DNA from: an uncultured Mycoplasmatota bacterium
Lineage (GTDB): Bacteria; Bacillota_I; Bacilli_A; RF39; UBA660
Reading direction: 5' to 3'
Assembly (NCBI GenBank): GCA_947650775.1
Contig: CANSWQ010000002.1
Span: 1 to 38,654 of the forward strand
DNA: 38,654 bases
Part shown: positions 1 through 9,478 of the stretch, one piece after another
How positions within the stretch are numbered: the stretch's first letter is position 1
Layout of the letters: each line of letters begins with the position of its first letter
Position numbers and translations under genes: made by a program
The notes under the pieces: model-generated
Told to the model about the DNA's origin: nothing
The model's database searches: none
The model's input: the letters and a program-made list of their open reading frames with translations, nothing else

Positions 1-56
1 ATTATTAAGTTTAATTTTTATTAATAATTAGAGTAACTAAAAATTAGGAGGGCAAT

Positions 57-407
57 ATGTTTAAATTAGTATCAAAATTTGAACCATCAGGAGACCAACC
101 AGAAGCAATTAAAGAACTTGTAGAAGGAATTAAAGAGGGAAAAAAAGAGCAAGTTTTACTAGGAGCAACAGGAACTGGTAAGACTTTTACAATTGCTAAT
201 GTTATTAAAGAAGTCAATAAACCAACTTTAGTTTTAGCACATAATAAAACTCTAGCAGGACAACTTTATTCAGAACTAAAGGAATTTTTCCCTGATAATC
301 ACGTTGAGTATTTTGTTAGTTATTATGATTACTCCCAAAAAAGTGACTTATTTAGGCTTAATTTGTGTGATTTAATTTATTTCAAAAATCTAAATAAACC
401 TAGATAA
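57..407 (+). pseudogene. uvrB: Displaced 5' fragment of uvrB (about the first 92 codons), truncated at the left ICE junction
   Basis: aa 1-92 ([45 protein letters not shown]) match the N-terminus of the intact UvrB at 33737. After nt 331 the frame enters unrelated sequence ([11 protein letters not shown]..) and stops at 405..407. Confidence 0.9.
321..331. repeat. attL core candidate (tattatgatta), identical to 34001..34011
   Basis: This is the last block shared by the two uvrB 5' copies before the left copy diverges. A second shared block, gttgagtattttgtt, lies at 303..317 and 33983..33997. Confidence 0.55.
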
Positions 408-430
408 AATCAAGTAACAGACATATAATA

Positions 431-460
431 TGTGGCCGATTGTAGTCCAAATTCGTACAA
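431..460. repeat. Candidate integrase arm-type site at the left end of the ICE
   Basis: 29-mer tgtggccgattgtagtccaaattcgtaca matches 33630..33658 at 23/29 positions. 449..460 aaattcgtacaa is the exact reverse complement of ttgtacgaattt at 33434..33445. Flanked by perfect 11-mers acatataatat at 421..431 and 472..482. Confidence 0.5.
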
Positions 461-537
461 TACTTTAATAAACATATAATATAATATTGATATGATAATA
501 GTCTTATAATATAATAAGCAAATGAAAGGGAATTAAA

Positions 538-1188
538 ATGAAATATTTAACAATATTAAAGATAAATAGTAAATATAGAGTAGATGCTTTATCAACGATG
601 TTTTGTTGTTCTGAATCAAAAGAAAATGATTATCTTGTTAAAGGCGTATTAAAAGTAAAGAATCCAAAAGGACAACTAAGAGAAGATGAAGAAATAGTAG
701 TAATAGAAAATCCAAATAATCTAAGCAAAAAAGATTTTCTTAAATTATTTAATATAGCTGATTCAGAAAACATCCAAATGATAGTTATTCCTGATTATAT
801 ATTAGAATGTGGTGAATTAATTCCATTTAATGATTATAAAAATAATTATAAAGAACAAGTGAAAATAAAAAGCAAACAAGCTATGATTAAAAGTAAAGCT
901 AGAAAAGATATTGAAAACAATAAAAAATTAACTGAAAAGCAGATAAATGAACTATGTGAAATATATCATTGTTCAAAAGATGATAGTATTGATATATTAT
1001 CCTATTTAGAATATTGCTTATTTTACAAAACCAACGGAAAGCTCAATGATTGCTTTAGTCAGATTAGTAATATAAGATATAGAGATTTTGATGAGAAAGA
1101 AATTAAAATAAAAGAAAAAGATAGCACAAACTTAAATAGAAGGATAGGAATATCAAAAGACATAGCCAAAAAGTACTATTGCCGTTAA
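538..1188 (+). CDS. Hypothetical protein (216 aa), first gene inside the ICE
   Basis: Long ORF with SD gaaaggg 7 nt upstream of the ATG, followed by a terminator hairpin. No motif recognised. Confidence 0.65.
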   Translation: MKYLTILKINSKYRVDALSTMFCCSESKENDYLVKGVLKVKNPKGQLREDEEIVVIENPNNLSKKDFLKLFNIADSENIQMIVIPDYILECGELIPFNDYKNNYKEQVKIKSKQAMIKSKARKDIENNKKLTEKQINELCEIYHCSKDDSIDILSYLEYCLFYKTNGKLNDCFSQISNIRYRDFDEKEIKIKEKDSTNLNRRIGISKDIAKKYYCR

Positions 1189-1192
1189 AAAT

Positions 1193-1216
1193 AAACTGAT
1201 TAAATTCAGTTTTTTT
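1193..1216 (+). terminator. Rho-independent terminator
   Basis: aaactga-ttaaat-tcagttt stem-loop followed by a T run. Confidence 0.7.
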
Positions 1217-1277
1217 AATGCTATTATACATAGCCATTTTAATTAATGGCAAGAAATGTTAGAGAGGAGATGAAAAA

Positions 1278-2102
1278 TTGAAAGATTGCGAAGTAATAGC
1301 AGTTGCAAACCAAAAAGGTGGTGTAGGAAAAACGACAACGGTCTTTAATTTAGGTGTAGCGCTTGCTAAAGAAGGTAAAAGAGTATTGCTAATTGATGGT
1401 GATCCACAAGGAAATCTAACAACGTATATGGGATTTGATAGTCCTGATGATTTAAAAGTTACTCTAAGTACAATCATGCTGAATGAAATTAATAATGATG
1501 ATAGCAATATTAAAGAGTCAGTACTACATCATAAGGAAAATATAGATTTAATTCCTTCAGATTTAGAATTGTCATCATTAGAGTTCTCATTAGTAAATGC
1601 AATGTGTCGTGAAAGTACAATGAAGAAATCATTATGTCATTTAAAAAGAGAATATGATTATATTCTAATTGATTGTCAACCATCGCTTGGAATACTAACA
1701 ATAAATGCCTTAGCTTTTGCTAATAGAGTCATTATACCAACTCAAGGACATTATTTTTCAGCTAAAGGTATGACAGAATTGATTAAAACGATTAAAAGAA
1801 TAAATAGGAAAATTAATTCGGATTTAATTATTGACGGCGTGTTATTTACTATGATAGATAATAGAACTAATTTATCAAAGGAATTAAAATCTGATTTAAT
1901 AACTAATTATGGGAGTAAAATTCACTTTTATAATTCACAAATACCAATGGCAATAAAAACAGCAGAATCAACAGCTTATGCCAAAAGCATATTTGAATAT
2001 GACAAAAATAGCAAAGTAGCAATAGCTTATACTTCATTAGCAAAGGAGATATTAGAAGATGAGAGAAGAAGAACAAAAAAAGAAACTGCCATCGTTAGAT
2101 GA
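1278..2102 (+). CDS. parA: ParA/Soj-family partition ATPase
   Basis: Deviant Walker A IAVANQKGGVGKTTT. TTG start 7 nt after SD agaggaga. Typical ParA length with a downstream ParB partner. Confidence 0.92.
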   Translation: MKDCEVIAVANQKGGVGKTTTVFNLGVALAKEGKRVLLIDGDPQGNLTTYMGFDSPDDLKVTLSTIMLNEINNDDSNIKESVLHHKENIDLIPSDLELSSLEFSLVNAMCRESTMKKSLCHLKREYDYILIDCQPSLGILTINALAFANRVIIPTQGHYFSAKGMTELIKTIKRINRKINSDLIIDGVLFTMIDNRTNLSKELKSDLITNYGSKIHFYNSQIPMAIKTAESTAYAKSIFEYDKNSKVAIAYTSLAKEILEDERRRTKKETAIVR

Positions 2103-3015
2103 ATTATTTTCTACTGAGGAAGAAAGGCAAGAAAATAACATAGAGAAAGTTGTAGACATTCCTATTTCAAAAATACAAGACTTTAAAAATCATCCATTTA
2201 AAGTTGAAGAAAATGAAGAACTGATTAGTATGTCTGAAAGCATAGCAAAGTATGGCGTATTAGAACCAGCAGTAGTTAGGCCTTTAAATGATGGAACTTA
2301 TGAAATGATATCAGGACATAGAAGAAAAAAAGCAAGTACTATGGTAGGTAAAGAAACTATTAGATGTATTGTAAAAGAATTAAGCGATGATGAAGCTACA
2401 ATAATAATGGTTGATAGTAATATTCAACGTGAGAAAGTGTTACCTTCAGAAAAAGCCTTTGCATATAAAATGAGATTAGAAGCAGAAAAACACCAAGGTA
2501 GAAAGATTGAAATATCTTTGTGCCAAGTTGGCACGAAGTTAAGAAGTGATGCTATTCTAGCTCAACAATTAAATGAAAGTGCAAGAAATATTCATAGATA
2601 CATTAGATTAACAAACCTTATACCTGAAATCTTAGAAATGGTGGATAATGGAATAATTGCACTAACACCAGCAGTGGATATCTCTTATTTAGAAATAGAT
2701 GAGCAAGCAGTATTACTAGATGTAATGGGATATAATGGTTGTACACCCAGTGTATCACAAGCTAAGCAAATAAAATATTTAAGTGAAAAAGGAGAATTTG
2801 AAGAATCAAAAGTAAAAAAAATATTAAACCAAGCTAAACCTAATCAAATTGAAAGGATACACCTAGATAAAAAGAAAATTAGCCAAGTACTGCCAAAGTT
2901 AAAGGATGACAAAGTAGAAGATTATATTTACCAAGCTATTATTTTTTACAATAAACATTTAGAACATCAAAAATTAATAGATAAAAAAGTTAAATTATCC
3001 GAACAAGTTAGATAA
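2059..3015 (+). CDS. parB: ParB/Spo0J-like nuclease-domain partition protein
   Basis: ParB-box motifs (LEPAVVRP, ISGHRRKKAS). SD aaggaga 9 nt upstream. Overlaps the parA 3' end. Confidence 0.88.
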   Translation: MREEEQKKKLPSLDELFSTEEERQENNIEKVVDIPISKIQDFKNHPFKVEENEELISMSESIAKYGVLEPAVVRPLNDGTYEMISGHRRKKASTMVGKETIRCIVKELSDDEATIIMVDSNIQREKVLPSEKAFAYKMRLEAEKHQGRKIEISLCQVGTKLRSDAILAQQLNESARNIHRYIRLTNLIPEILEMVDNGIIALTPAVDISYLEIDEQAVLLDVMGYNGCTPSVSQAKQIKYLSEKGEFEESKVKKILNQAKPNQIERIHLDKKKISQVLPKLKDDKVEDYIYQAIIFYNKHLEHQKLIDKKVKLSEQVR

Positions 3016-3035
3016 TGGGAGTATTATTTCCACAT

Positions 3036-3089
3036 CCCTCCTATAACCTCCCTATAATATATATACTAACTGAAAATACTAACTGAAAA
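3036..3089. repeat. Two sets of tandem direct repeats downstream of parB (candidate centromere/operator)
   Basis: ccctcctataa / cctccctataa at 3036..3057, and a perfect tandem 13-mer tactaactgaaaa x2 at 3064..3089. Confidence 0.6.
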
Positions 3090-3153
3090 AATATTATAGA
3101 ATTGCAATATAAAATAAAATATATTACACTACGTACCAAAAGGAGAGATTTTA

Positions 3154-3906
3154 ATGAAATTAAAATTAATTTTGATATTTGTAAGCAGTTTAATAGTTTT
3201 CAGCTTTGTATTTTTATTAGGTACAAAAAATAATAAACTAAATTCTTTTTATGTAGAAAGGACTGATAATAGTGAACAAATATATGCTTCGGATGGTTAT
3301 GACATAGAAAAATCAAAAGACATTACAACTCAAAATGAATCTAGTGTAATATTAGAACCTGAGCATCAAAATGATCCAACAAAGATTAATCAAAGTAATT
3401 CTGATGGAAAAACAGAAAAGAGTGCAGAATCAAACACAAATGTAAAAAAGAACAATAAGGGTAATGTGAATGTAAAAGAGACAACTACACCAAATGATGA
3501 TAAAAAGGTTTCTAAGCCAAATAATCAAAGTACAGAAGTTACAAAAAATGAAGTAACACAAAAGGATGAAAATTTAAAAAACGATTCTACAAATTCAAAT
3601 GTTTCTAATAATTCGCAAGAAAAGAGTGTTGTATCAACAAAGTTTTATGAATCCATAACTGGAGGCAAAAAAGAATTTTCTTCAGAGAGTGAAGCTTTTG
3701 CACGTGGACAAGAAATAAAATCAAAAGAGCTTGATTATGTTTTGGATTACAATGAAACACATCCAGAAAATCCTATTAAACCTGATATAAGATATTTCAG
3801 AGTTTATCCATCTGTCATAGATGAGAATGGAAAATACTGGTATTATTTACACTTTTTCTGTGATAGTGGAGAAGGTAATGATTCAAAACTAAAAAGCAAG
3901 TTTTAA
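3154..3906 (+). CDS. Membrane-anchored or exported protein with a low-complexity N/K/T/S-rich linker, function unknown
   Basis: N-terminal hydrophobic segment LKLILIFVSSLIVFSFVFLLG. SD aaggagag upstream. Confidence 0.7.
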   Translation: MKLKLILIFVSSLIVFSFVFLLGTKNNKLNSFYVERTDNSEQIYASDGYDIEKSKDITTQNESSVILEPEHQNDPTKINQSNSDGKTEKSAESNTNVKKNNKGNVNVKETTTPNDDKKVSKPNNQSTEVTKNEVTQKDENLKNDSTNSNVSNNSQEKSVVSTKFYESITGGKKEFSSESEAFARGQEIKSKELDYVLDYNETHPENPIKPDIRYFRVYPSVIDENGKYWYYLHFFCDSGEGNDSKLKSKF

Positions 3907-3966
3907 GTAACTCAAAAATGAGTTGCTTTTTATATCTAAAGAAATATAATTGAAAGGGGAAAGATA

Positions 3967-6705
3967 ATGAAAAATATAGATAGATTTCTAGTTTTAATAC
4001 TAGGAATTTTTTTATGCTTTACAATGAAATTAGAAAAAGTAAAGGCAGCAAATATAACTGAAGTTGAAAGTGGTTATATGTATGAAAGGCAAAGTTATGA
4101 GGGGGAATATAAATCTCATTTATCTGATAAATTTAAGTTTTATTATGTAGAAGGACAAGTTTCATATTGTATAGAACTATTAATGAAACCAGGTAGCCCA
4201 ATATATGAAGCAGATTGGGAAGCTACAAAACTTCCAAATGAGATAAAAGAAAAGCTGATTCTAACTGCTTATTATGGATACACATATCCAGGGCATCAAA
4301 CAACTGCCTATAGAGCAGCAACACAAGGTATGATCTGGAAATTATTGATGGGAGAGGGATCATGGATTAAATATAGCACTGATTATTGGGGCAAAGGAAG
4401 ACTATTAGATGTTTCAAGTGAAGAAGCAGAAATTGAAAGACTTATAGCTAGTCACTATATTAGACCATCCTTTGATGGAGGAGTTTACAAAGTCCAAAAA
4501 GGACAAACTCTTACTTTAACAGATACTAATAATGTTTTAACAGACTACAAAATTACTGTTAGTGGCGCTGATTATGAAGTAAATGGAAATAAATTAACAA
4601 TTAAACCTATTAAAAATGGTACTATTGATGTGTCTTTTGAAAAGAATGCACCTTATTCAACAAATTATAAGTTGTTTGTTGGAGATGCACAACAAAATAT
4701 GATTGTACCAGGTACAAGTGATCCAGTAGAAGCAAGAATTAGAATAAATAGTTTTAGTGGTTCAGTAGAAGGATATAAAACTGATGATGAAACCATAACT
4801 CCACAAGGCCAAGCAACTTTAAAAGGCGCTGAATATGGTGTTTATGAAGCAGCCACAGGAAAATTGATAACAATTGTTACCACTGATGAAAATGGCTATT
4901 TCAAAAGTGATAATATACTTGAAAATAAAGAGTATTATTTGCAAGAGATAAAACCTAGCTTGGGCTATGAGTTAGACAGAACAAGATATAATTTTGACAT
5001 GTCTGATAAAGAAACTATAAGAGTGGATGTTGTAGAAAAAGTTATAAAAAATTATATCAGTGTTCTTAAGCAATATGAATTTGTTAATGGTAATACAACT
5101 TTTCTAAATGCTGAAGAAGGAATAAGTTTTGAAATACAATATCCAGATGGTAGTCTATTTGATACTATCATAACTGATGAAAATGGTTATGCTTCAGTAA
5201 GCCTTCCATATGGAAAATGGAAGTTTCATCAATTAAATACCCATGATGGATATGAAAAAATTTATGACTTTTATATTAATGTTGATGAAAACACTGAAAA
5301 AGAGCAATATTACAATATTCTAAATAATGCGTTAAGCGCTTATTTGAAGGTTATTAAAGTTGATGAAGAAACTGGAAAGACTATTGCTATCGCAGATACA
5401 ACTTTTAAGATATTTAATATAGATACAAATCAATATGTATCTCAGTTTGTTTCTGGTAAAATAATTAGTGAATTTAAAACTGATGAGAATGGTATTTTAG
5501 TAACTCCTTTAAAATTAGCAGCAGGCAATTATAGACTAATTGAAGTCTCAAGTCCAACTGGATATCTAATAGACAAAGATGGTTTAAACTTTACTATAGG
5601 AAATGATACAAATTATGATTATACCACCTATGGAGCTTTTATCACTATAACTTATAAGAATGCGCCAATAAAAGGAAAAATTGAAATATATAAAACTGGG
5701 GAAGATATGATTATTAGTGAAGGCGAGTTTATCTATGGTACTAAAGAATTAAGTGGTGTTATTTTTGAAATTTACGCTGAAGAAGACATTATGTCATCTG
5801 ATAAGAATCACTTATATTTTAAAAAAGGAGACTTAGTAGATACAATTACTTCTAATGAGGCAGGATATGCAGTAAGTAAATTGCTTCCACTTGGCAAGTA
5901 TTATTTTATTGAAGTAGCAACAAATGACTCCTATGTTTTAGATACAAATAAGCATTATTTTACTTTAAAAGAAGTTGATGATAAAACAGCTATTGTTTAT
6001 GAATCATATAGTGCATTAAATTATCTTAAAAAGGGAACTTTAGAATTTACTAAAACGGATCTAATAACAGGAAATGTTATAGCAGATACCATAATAGAAA
6101 TTTACACACAGAATAATGAATTAATTTTTACTGGAAAAACAGATATTAATGGTCAAATTGTTATTAATGATTTAAAAATTGGAAAATACTATATTGTAGA
6201 AAAGCAACCCACTACAGGTTATATACTAACTTCTGAAAAAGTTTACTTTGAATTAAAAGAAAATGGAGAAGTAATCAAAGCTGAAATGAAAAATATGCCA
6301 ATAACATCTACTTTAAAGTTTTCCAAAAAAGATTCTATAACTGGCAATCTGTTACCAAATGCTGTAATTGAGATTTATAAAGATAATGGAGAATTATATG
6401 CTACAGCTATTACAAATGAAAATGGAGAAATCGTCATAGATAATATTCCTTATGGGAAATATTATATTGTTGAAACTCAAGCGCCAATGGGTTATATGAT
6501 TAATTCAGAGAAACTCTATTTTGAAATTAAGAATGATAAAGAAGAGGTAAATGTAACTATGATTGATGAACCAGTAATTATCACAGATGTTCCACAAACA
6601 TACACAAAAGGTAATTATGTTTTAGATATTATTGGATTCACATTATGTATATTAGGAATATTAGGAATAGGAGTTGATCTTCATAAAAAATATAAAAAAA
6701 GGTAA
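3967..6705 (+). CDS. Cell-wall-anchored surface adhesin (912 aa) with repeated CnaB/SpaA-type (prealbumin-like) domains and an N-terminal TQXA/thioester-like motif pair
   Basis: Signal peptide ending KVKA-AN. YCIELLMKPGSP followed by AATQGMIWKLL. Repeated K.D..TG..L..A.F.IY...G....T.ENG......L..G.Y...E...P.GY units, including two adjacent ~90-aa repeats at roughly 6033..6572. C-terminal sorting signal VPQTY + hydrophobic helix + HKKYKKR. Confidence 0.85.
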   Translation: MKNIDRFLVLILGIFLCFTMKLEKVKAANITEVESGYMYERQSYEGEYKSHLSDKFKFYYVEGQVSYCIELLMKPGSPIYEADWEATKLPNEIKEKLILTAYYGYTYPGHQTTAYRAATQGMIWKLLMGEGSWIKYSTDYWGKGRLLDVSSEEAEIERLIASHYIRPSFDGGVYKVQKGQTLTLTDTNNVLTDYKITVSGADYEVNGNKLTIKPIKNGTIDVSFEKNAPYSTNYKLFVGDAQQNMIVPGTSDPVEARIRINSFSGSVEGYKTDDETITPQGQATLKGAEYGVYEAATGKLITIVTTDENGYFKSDNILENKEYYLQEIKPSLGYELDRTRYNFDMSDKETIRVDVVEKVIKNYISVLKQYEFVNGNTTFLNAEEGISFEIQYPDGSLFDTIITDENGYASVSLPYGKWKFHQLNTHDGYEKIYDFYINVDENTEKEQYYNILNNALSAYLKVIKVDEETGKTIAIADTTFKIFNIDTNQYVSQFVSGKIISEFKTDENGILVTPLKLAAGNYRLIEVSSPTGYLIDKDGLNFTIGNDTNYDYTTYGAFITITYKNAPIKGKIEIYKTGEDMIISEGEFIYGTKELSGVIFEIYAEEDIMSSDKNHLYFKKGDLVDTITSNEAGYAVSKLLPLGKYYFIEVATNDSYVLDTNKHYFTLKEVDDKTAIVYESYSALNYLKKGTLEFTKTDLITGNVIADTIIEIYTQNNELIFTGKTDINGQIVINDLKIGKYYIVEKQPTTGYILTSEKVYFELKENGEVIKAEMKNMPITSTLKFSKKDSITGNLLPNAVIEIYKDNGELYATAITNENGEIVIDNIPYGKYYIVETQAPMGYMINSEKLYFEIKNDKEEVNVTMIDEPVIITDVPQTYTKGNYVLDIIGFTLCILGILGIGVDLHKKYKKR

Positions 6706-7300
6706 AAAAAATTTTATAAAATTAAGATATTTATTACTAATATTAGGGATTTCTACTCTTTTATTAAAAGAAATAACTACATTTATAAAAATATATACGG
6801 AGCAGAAATCTATTGAAGTTTTTTATAGCGAGCAGGAGAAAATAATAGAAACTCAAGAAATAAAAACACATGAAGAATTAACAACTAGCAAAGATAAACT
6901 ACTAACTTATAATTATATAGCCATGTTAAAGATACCCAAAATTAACTTAGAGAGAGGCTTAGTATCACCAACTAGTATCCATAATAATGTAAATGAAAAT
7001 ATACAAATACTAAAAGAATCAGACTATCCCGATAAAGAAAACGGAAATTTTATTTTAGCAAGCCACTCAGGTAGAGGCAAAACAGCATACTTTAAATATT
7101 TAAACAAACTAGAAATAGATGATAAAGTATATATTACTTTTAATGGTAAAGAGTATGAGTATAAAGTAATGAACTATTACGAAATTAATAAAAATGGAAC
7201 TGCTCATATTATAAGAAATGCAGATGAAACAACATTAACATTAATTACTTGTATATCAAATACAAATAAACAAATAGTGTATATTTGTGAATTAATATAA
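6674..7300 (+). CDS. Sortase-family transpeptidase (small, membrane-anchored)
   Basis: N-terminal TM segment, active-site His context FILASHSGRG and the TLxTC motif (TLTLITC). Overlaps the adhesin 3' end. Confidence 0.85.
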   Translation: MIFIKNIKKGKKNFIKLRYLLLILGISTLLLKEITTFIKIYTEQKSIEVFYSEQEKIIETQEIKTHEELTTSKDKLLTYNYIAMLKIPKINLERGLVSPTSIHNNVNENIQILKESDYPDKENGNFILASHSGRGKTAYFKYLNKLEIDDKVYITFNGKEYEYKVMNYYEINKNGTAHIIRNADETTLTLITCISNTNKQIVYICELI

Positions 7301-7311
7301 AGGAGAATAAA

Positions 7312-7548
7312 ATGGAAATTAAATATAATTTAACTCAAGTAACTAAAACTTTAGAAAAGTTATTTACAGCAGGATTTAATACAGATAAACAGATTTTATC
7401 ATTAAAATTAGAGGATTTAGAAAAAATACCAAATTTACAATCGGCAGAGACCTTTATAATTATAAAATTTAAAGAAGCAGTTAAAAATAAACAAATAATT
7501 GCTTTCTTAAGTAATTATGGAGAATCAGGCAATGTCATTTCAAAGTAA
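7312..7548 (+). CDS. Hypothetical small protein (78 aa)
   Basis: ORF with SD aaggaga upstream, in an operon context. Confidence 0.55.
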   Translation: MEIKYNLTQVTKTLEKLFTAGFNTDKQILSLKLEDLEKIPNLQSAETFIIIKFKEAVKNKQIIAFLSNYGESGNVISK

Positions 7549-7828
7549 ATTGCCACCGTTAGCTTTAAGATTATCTATAAACAAATATAATACTTTATTA
7601 TTTATTTTAGATAATAGAAAAGATAATATATCACTACAATTAAAAGATAAATATTTAAAATATATTTATTTAATTGATAAAGAATATCTTGAACTAAGAC
7701 TTTATCCACAAGATGCAATTTATATAGTTAAACTTTTAATTGATGCCATAAATATAAATAGCAATATAAACTATTATAAAGAATTTCAAAAAAATAGATT
7801 AGAATTTATTAAAGGAGATGAATATTAG
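7517..7828 (+). CDS. Hypothetical protein (103 aa)
   Basis: Overlapping, coupled ORF in the same operon. No motif recognised. Confidence 0.5.
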   Translation: MENQAMSFQSKLPPLALRLSINKYNTLLFILDNRKDNISLQLKDKYLKYIYLIDKEYLELRLYPQDAIYIVKLLIDAININSNINYYKEFQKNRLEFIKGDEY

Positions 7829-8177
7829 AATTATGAATAATGTAACTTTAGTTGGTAGATTAGTAAGAGATCCAGAAGTTAAGGAACTAAATGATGGAAC
7901 TTGTAGAACTTTTATAACCATTGCAATATCACGTGATTATCGCAATAGTGAAGGTGAAAGAGTAACTGATTTTATTAATTGTGTTTTATGGAACGGCGTA
8001 GCGAACGCTGCAAAAGATTATTGCCATCAAGGAGATGTAGTAGGTATTAAAGGAAAATTACAATCTAGAAATTATGAAACAAGTGATAATGAAAAAAAGT
8101 ATATTCTAGAAGTTGCAGTAGATAAAATTACTTTCCTTTCAATAGATAAAATGAAGAATAAAGACAATGAGAGGTAG
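7818..8177 (+). CDS. ssb: Single-stranded DNA-binding protein (OB fold), element-encoded
   Basis: N-terminus NNVTLVGRLVRDPEVKELNDG...TDFINCVLWNGVANAAKDYCHQGDVVGIKGKLQSRNYE is a classic SSB OB fold. The C-terminus lacks the usual acidic D-D-(I/L)-P-F tip. Confidence 0.9.
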   Translation: MNIRIMNNVTLVGRLVRDPEVKELNDGTCRTFITIAISRDYRNSEGERVTDFINCVLWNGVANAAKDYCHQGDVVGIKGKLQSRNYETSDNEKKYILEVAVDKITFLSIDKMKNKDNER

Positions 8178-8186
8178 TAAATATTT

Positions 8187-8528
8187 ATGAATAATATAAA
8201 AGTTAGTGAAAAATTATATAAAAAAATGGAATTAGAGTATAATGATTTTATTTTGGATTTAAAGAAACAAAGTAAAGAAAAAATTTTAGACAGTGCTTAT
8301 GAGAAAATATTTAAAGAAGAAATGTTAAGTTTATTAATTCCTGATAATAGAGAATATAGTGAAGAAGAAATACAAGTATTATCTAAAATTAAAAAGCCAT
8401 TAGATTTTTTATATAGAGAATGGCTAGATTTAGATATAAGTATAAATGATTTGCTTATGGAGAGTGTAGATTTAATACTATATGAAGAAAGTCGTAGAAT
8501 GAAATCTAAAAATAAAGAAAGTAGGTAA
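8187..8528 (+). CDS. Hypothetical protein (resembles the DUF3848-type proteins of Firmicutes ICEs, from memory)
   Basis: 113-aa helical ORF between ssb and the primase-like gene. Confidence 0.55.
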   Translation: MNNIKVSEKLYKKMELEYNDFILDLKKQSKEKILDSAYEKIFKEEMLSLLIPDNREYSEEEIQVLSKIKKPLDFLYREWLDLDISINDLLMESVDLILYEESRRMKSKNKESR

Positions 8529-8532
8529 TAAA

Positions 8533-9477
8533 ATGCCTTATTTTTCAACAGAAGCAATTAATAGTGTTAGGAATTTAGATTTATTAACATATTTAAGAAA
8601 TTATGAACCTGAAGAATTGGTAAAGATTTGTAGAGGCAATTATTGTACAAAAACACATGATAGTTTAAAAATAAGTAATGGAATGTGGTATTGGTTTTCT
8701 AGAGGAATTGGAGGAAAAAGTGCGTTGGATTATCTTGTAAAAGTAAGAGACTACTCCTTTACTGAAGCAGTAGAAAAAATATTAAAAGAATGCGATATAG
8801 ATAATATTCAAAAAGTTGAGTATATAGACAAGAATGAAGATAGAGAATTTGAATTGCCAGAAAGAGCTTCAAATAATTATACAGCAATAAAATATTTAAC
8901 TAATAGAGGGATAGATAAAGAAATCATAAATGAGTGTATCAATAAGGGATTAATATATCAAGATATAGACAACAATGTAGTATTTGTGGGATATGATCAA
9001 AATAATATAGCTAAATATGCTAGTATAAGAACTACAACTAATAGGAGATTTATGTATGAAGCATATAAAAGCAATAAAGCTTTTTCATTTCAGTTAGCCA
9101 ATATAAAAGAATCAGAAAGTGTCCATATTTTTGAAAGCGCTATTGATCTTTTATCATATGCAACATTAGTGAAGATGAGTAATAAAAACTTAAATACAAA
9201 TTTAATTTCTTTATCAGGAGTGTATCAACCACCAGAACAAATTGAAGATACTTTAATACCAATAGCACTAAATTATTATCTAAATATACATCCAAAAACA
9301 AAAAGAATTTTTTTACATTTAGATAATGATTATACAGGAAAAAAGGCAAGTAATGCTTTAAGCTGTGTGATTCCAAAACGTTTTGAAGTCATTGATAGTC
9401 CACCACCAAATGGTAAAGATTACAATGATTTTTTGTGTTATATAATAAATAAAAATTTAGATAAAGGAGAAAGATAA
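8533..9477 (+). CDS. Toprim-domain protein (DUF3991/primase-like)
   Basis: Degenerate primase Zn-finger-like N-terminus (CRGNYCTKTHDSLKI..WYWFSRGIGGKSALDYL). Toprim Glu (FESAIDLLSY) and DxD (HLDNDYTGKKA). Confidence 0.85.
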   Translation: MPYFSTEAINSVRNLDLLTYLRNYEPEELVKICRGNYCTKTHDSLKISNGMWYWFSRGIGGKSALDYLVKVRDYSFTEAVEKILKECDIDNIQKVEYIDKNEDREFELPERASNNYTAIKYLTNRGIDKEIINECINKGLIYQDIDNNVVFVGYDQNNIAKYASIRTTTNRRFMYEAYKSNKAFSFQLANIKESESVHIFESAIDLLSYATLVKMSNKNLNTNLISLSGVYQPPEQIEDTLIPIALNYYLNIHPKTKRIFLHLDNDYTGKKASNALSCVIPKRFEVIDSPPPNGKDYNDFLCYIINKNLDKGER

Positions 9478-9478
9478 A

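Noticed and set aside
1259-1701. Minus-strand ORFs 1259..1507 and 1510..1701
   Set aside because: They are antisense shadows inside the well-supported parA gene. They are Leu/Ile/Ser/Phe-rich, have no SD and show no motif.
8297-9376. Minus-strand ORFs 8297..8557 and 9140..9376
   Set aside because: They lie entirely within + strand genes that have recognisable domains or operon context. Their low-complexity, hydrophobic composition is typical of AT-rich antisense frames.
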